Shown here piece by piece: positions 35,150-35,259 of a DNA stretch of 35,259 nt. The position numbers and the translations under genes are program-made. The stretch covers positions 1-35,259 of IMG/VR virus record IMGVR_UViG_3300027909_000048; one strand, 5' to 3'. The stretch comes from a virus (Duplodnaviria; Caudoviricetes). Each line of letters opens with the position of its first letter. Positions within the stretch are counted from its first letter, which is position 1. The notes beneath the pieces were generated by a model, which searched no databases, was not told where the DNA came from, and saw only the letters and a list, made by a program, of their open reading frames with translations.

Positions 35150-35259
35150 GAACAGCGGGCACGAATAATCTCTACTGGGTGTCGTACGCTCTTGGCATCC
35201 GGTGCGGCTGGGGACTCGACATCGCCGCTCTTCCCTGGGGTGGCGTCACTTACATCGTT
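35146..35259 (+). CDS. hypothetical protein (3' truncated)
   Basis: GGAGG RBS, ATGA overlap, open to the window end. Confidence 0.45.
   Translation, partial: MRTAGTNNLYWVSYALGIRCGWGLDIAALPWGGVTYIV

Noticed and set aside
373-35162. Many long minus-strand and alternate-frame ORFs (e.g. 5554-6411, 21857-22642, 28367-29299, 30024-31202, 34268-35080)
   Set aside because: They are shadow ORFs of GC-rich coding sequence that fully overlap well-supported + strand genes and carry no recognisable motifs.
1-35259. CRISPR array, integrase/att site, reverse transcriptase/DGR, intron or intein
   Set aside because: I saw no spaced repeats, no recombinase or RT motifs, no near-identical TR/VR pair, and no interrupted core genes in this window.

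Overview
This window is a GC-rich, tailed dsDNA phage segment (siphovirus-type, actinobacteriophage-like), and every credible gene lies on the + strand. It opens with the end of a nucleotide-metabolism/middle region (ThyX, small ORFs, RuvC-like resolvase). A complete morphogenesis module follows: TerS, TerL, portal, MuF-like protein, ADP-ribosyltransferase plus a small Cys-rich partner, scaffold, decoration protein, major capsid, head-tail connectors, major tail, frameshifted tail chaperones, tape measure and minor tail/RBP genes. Next is a lysis cassette (DUF1906-type endolysin, membrane proteins, holin), then a terminator and the start of an early-type region with sigma70-like promoters. The most notable observations are: (1) a multi-HTH R-S-E ADP-ribosyltransferase in the head module whose N-terminal HTH has a clear paralog in an early HTH + WYL/SH3-like gene 23 kb away; (2) a cluster of structured non-coding elements at 32582-32737 that includes a D-arm-less tRNA-like element; (3) a ~190-nt rod-like imperfect hairpin at 3248-3439 with an alternative pairing next to the following start codon; (4) a probable +1 (TTT-CGC) tail-chaperone frameshift; (5) a shared late-promoter motif; and (6) a shared N-terminal module in two tail-region proteins. 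All calls come from manual motif and synteny recognition; no database searches or folding programs were run.
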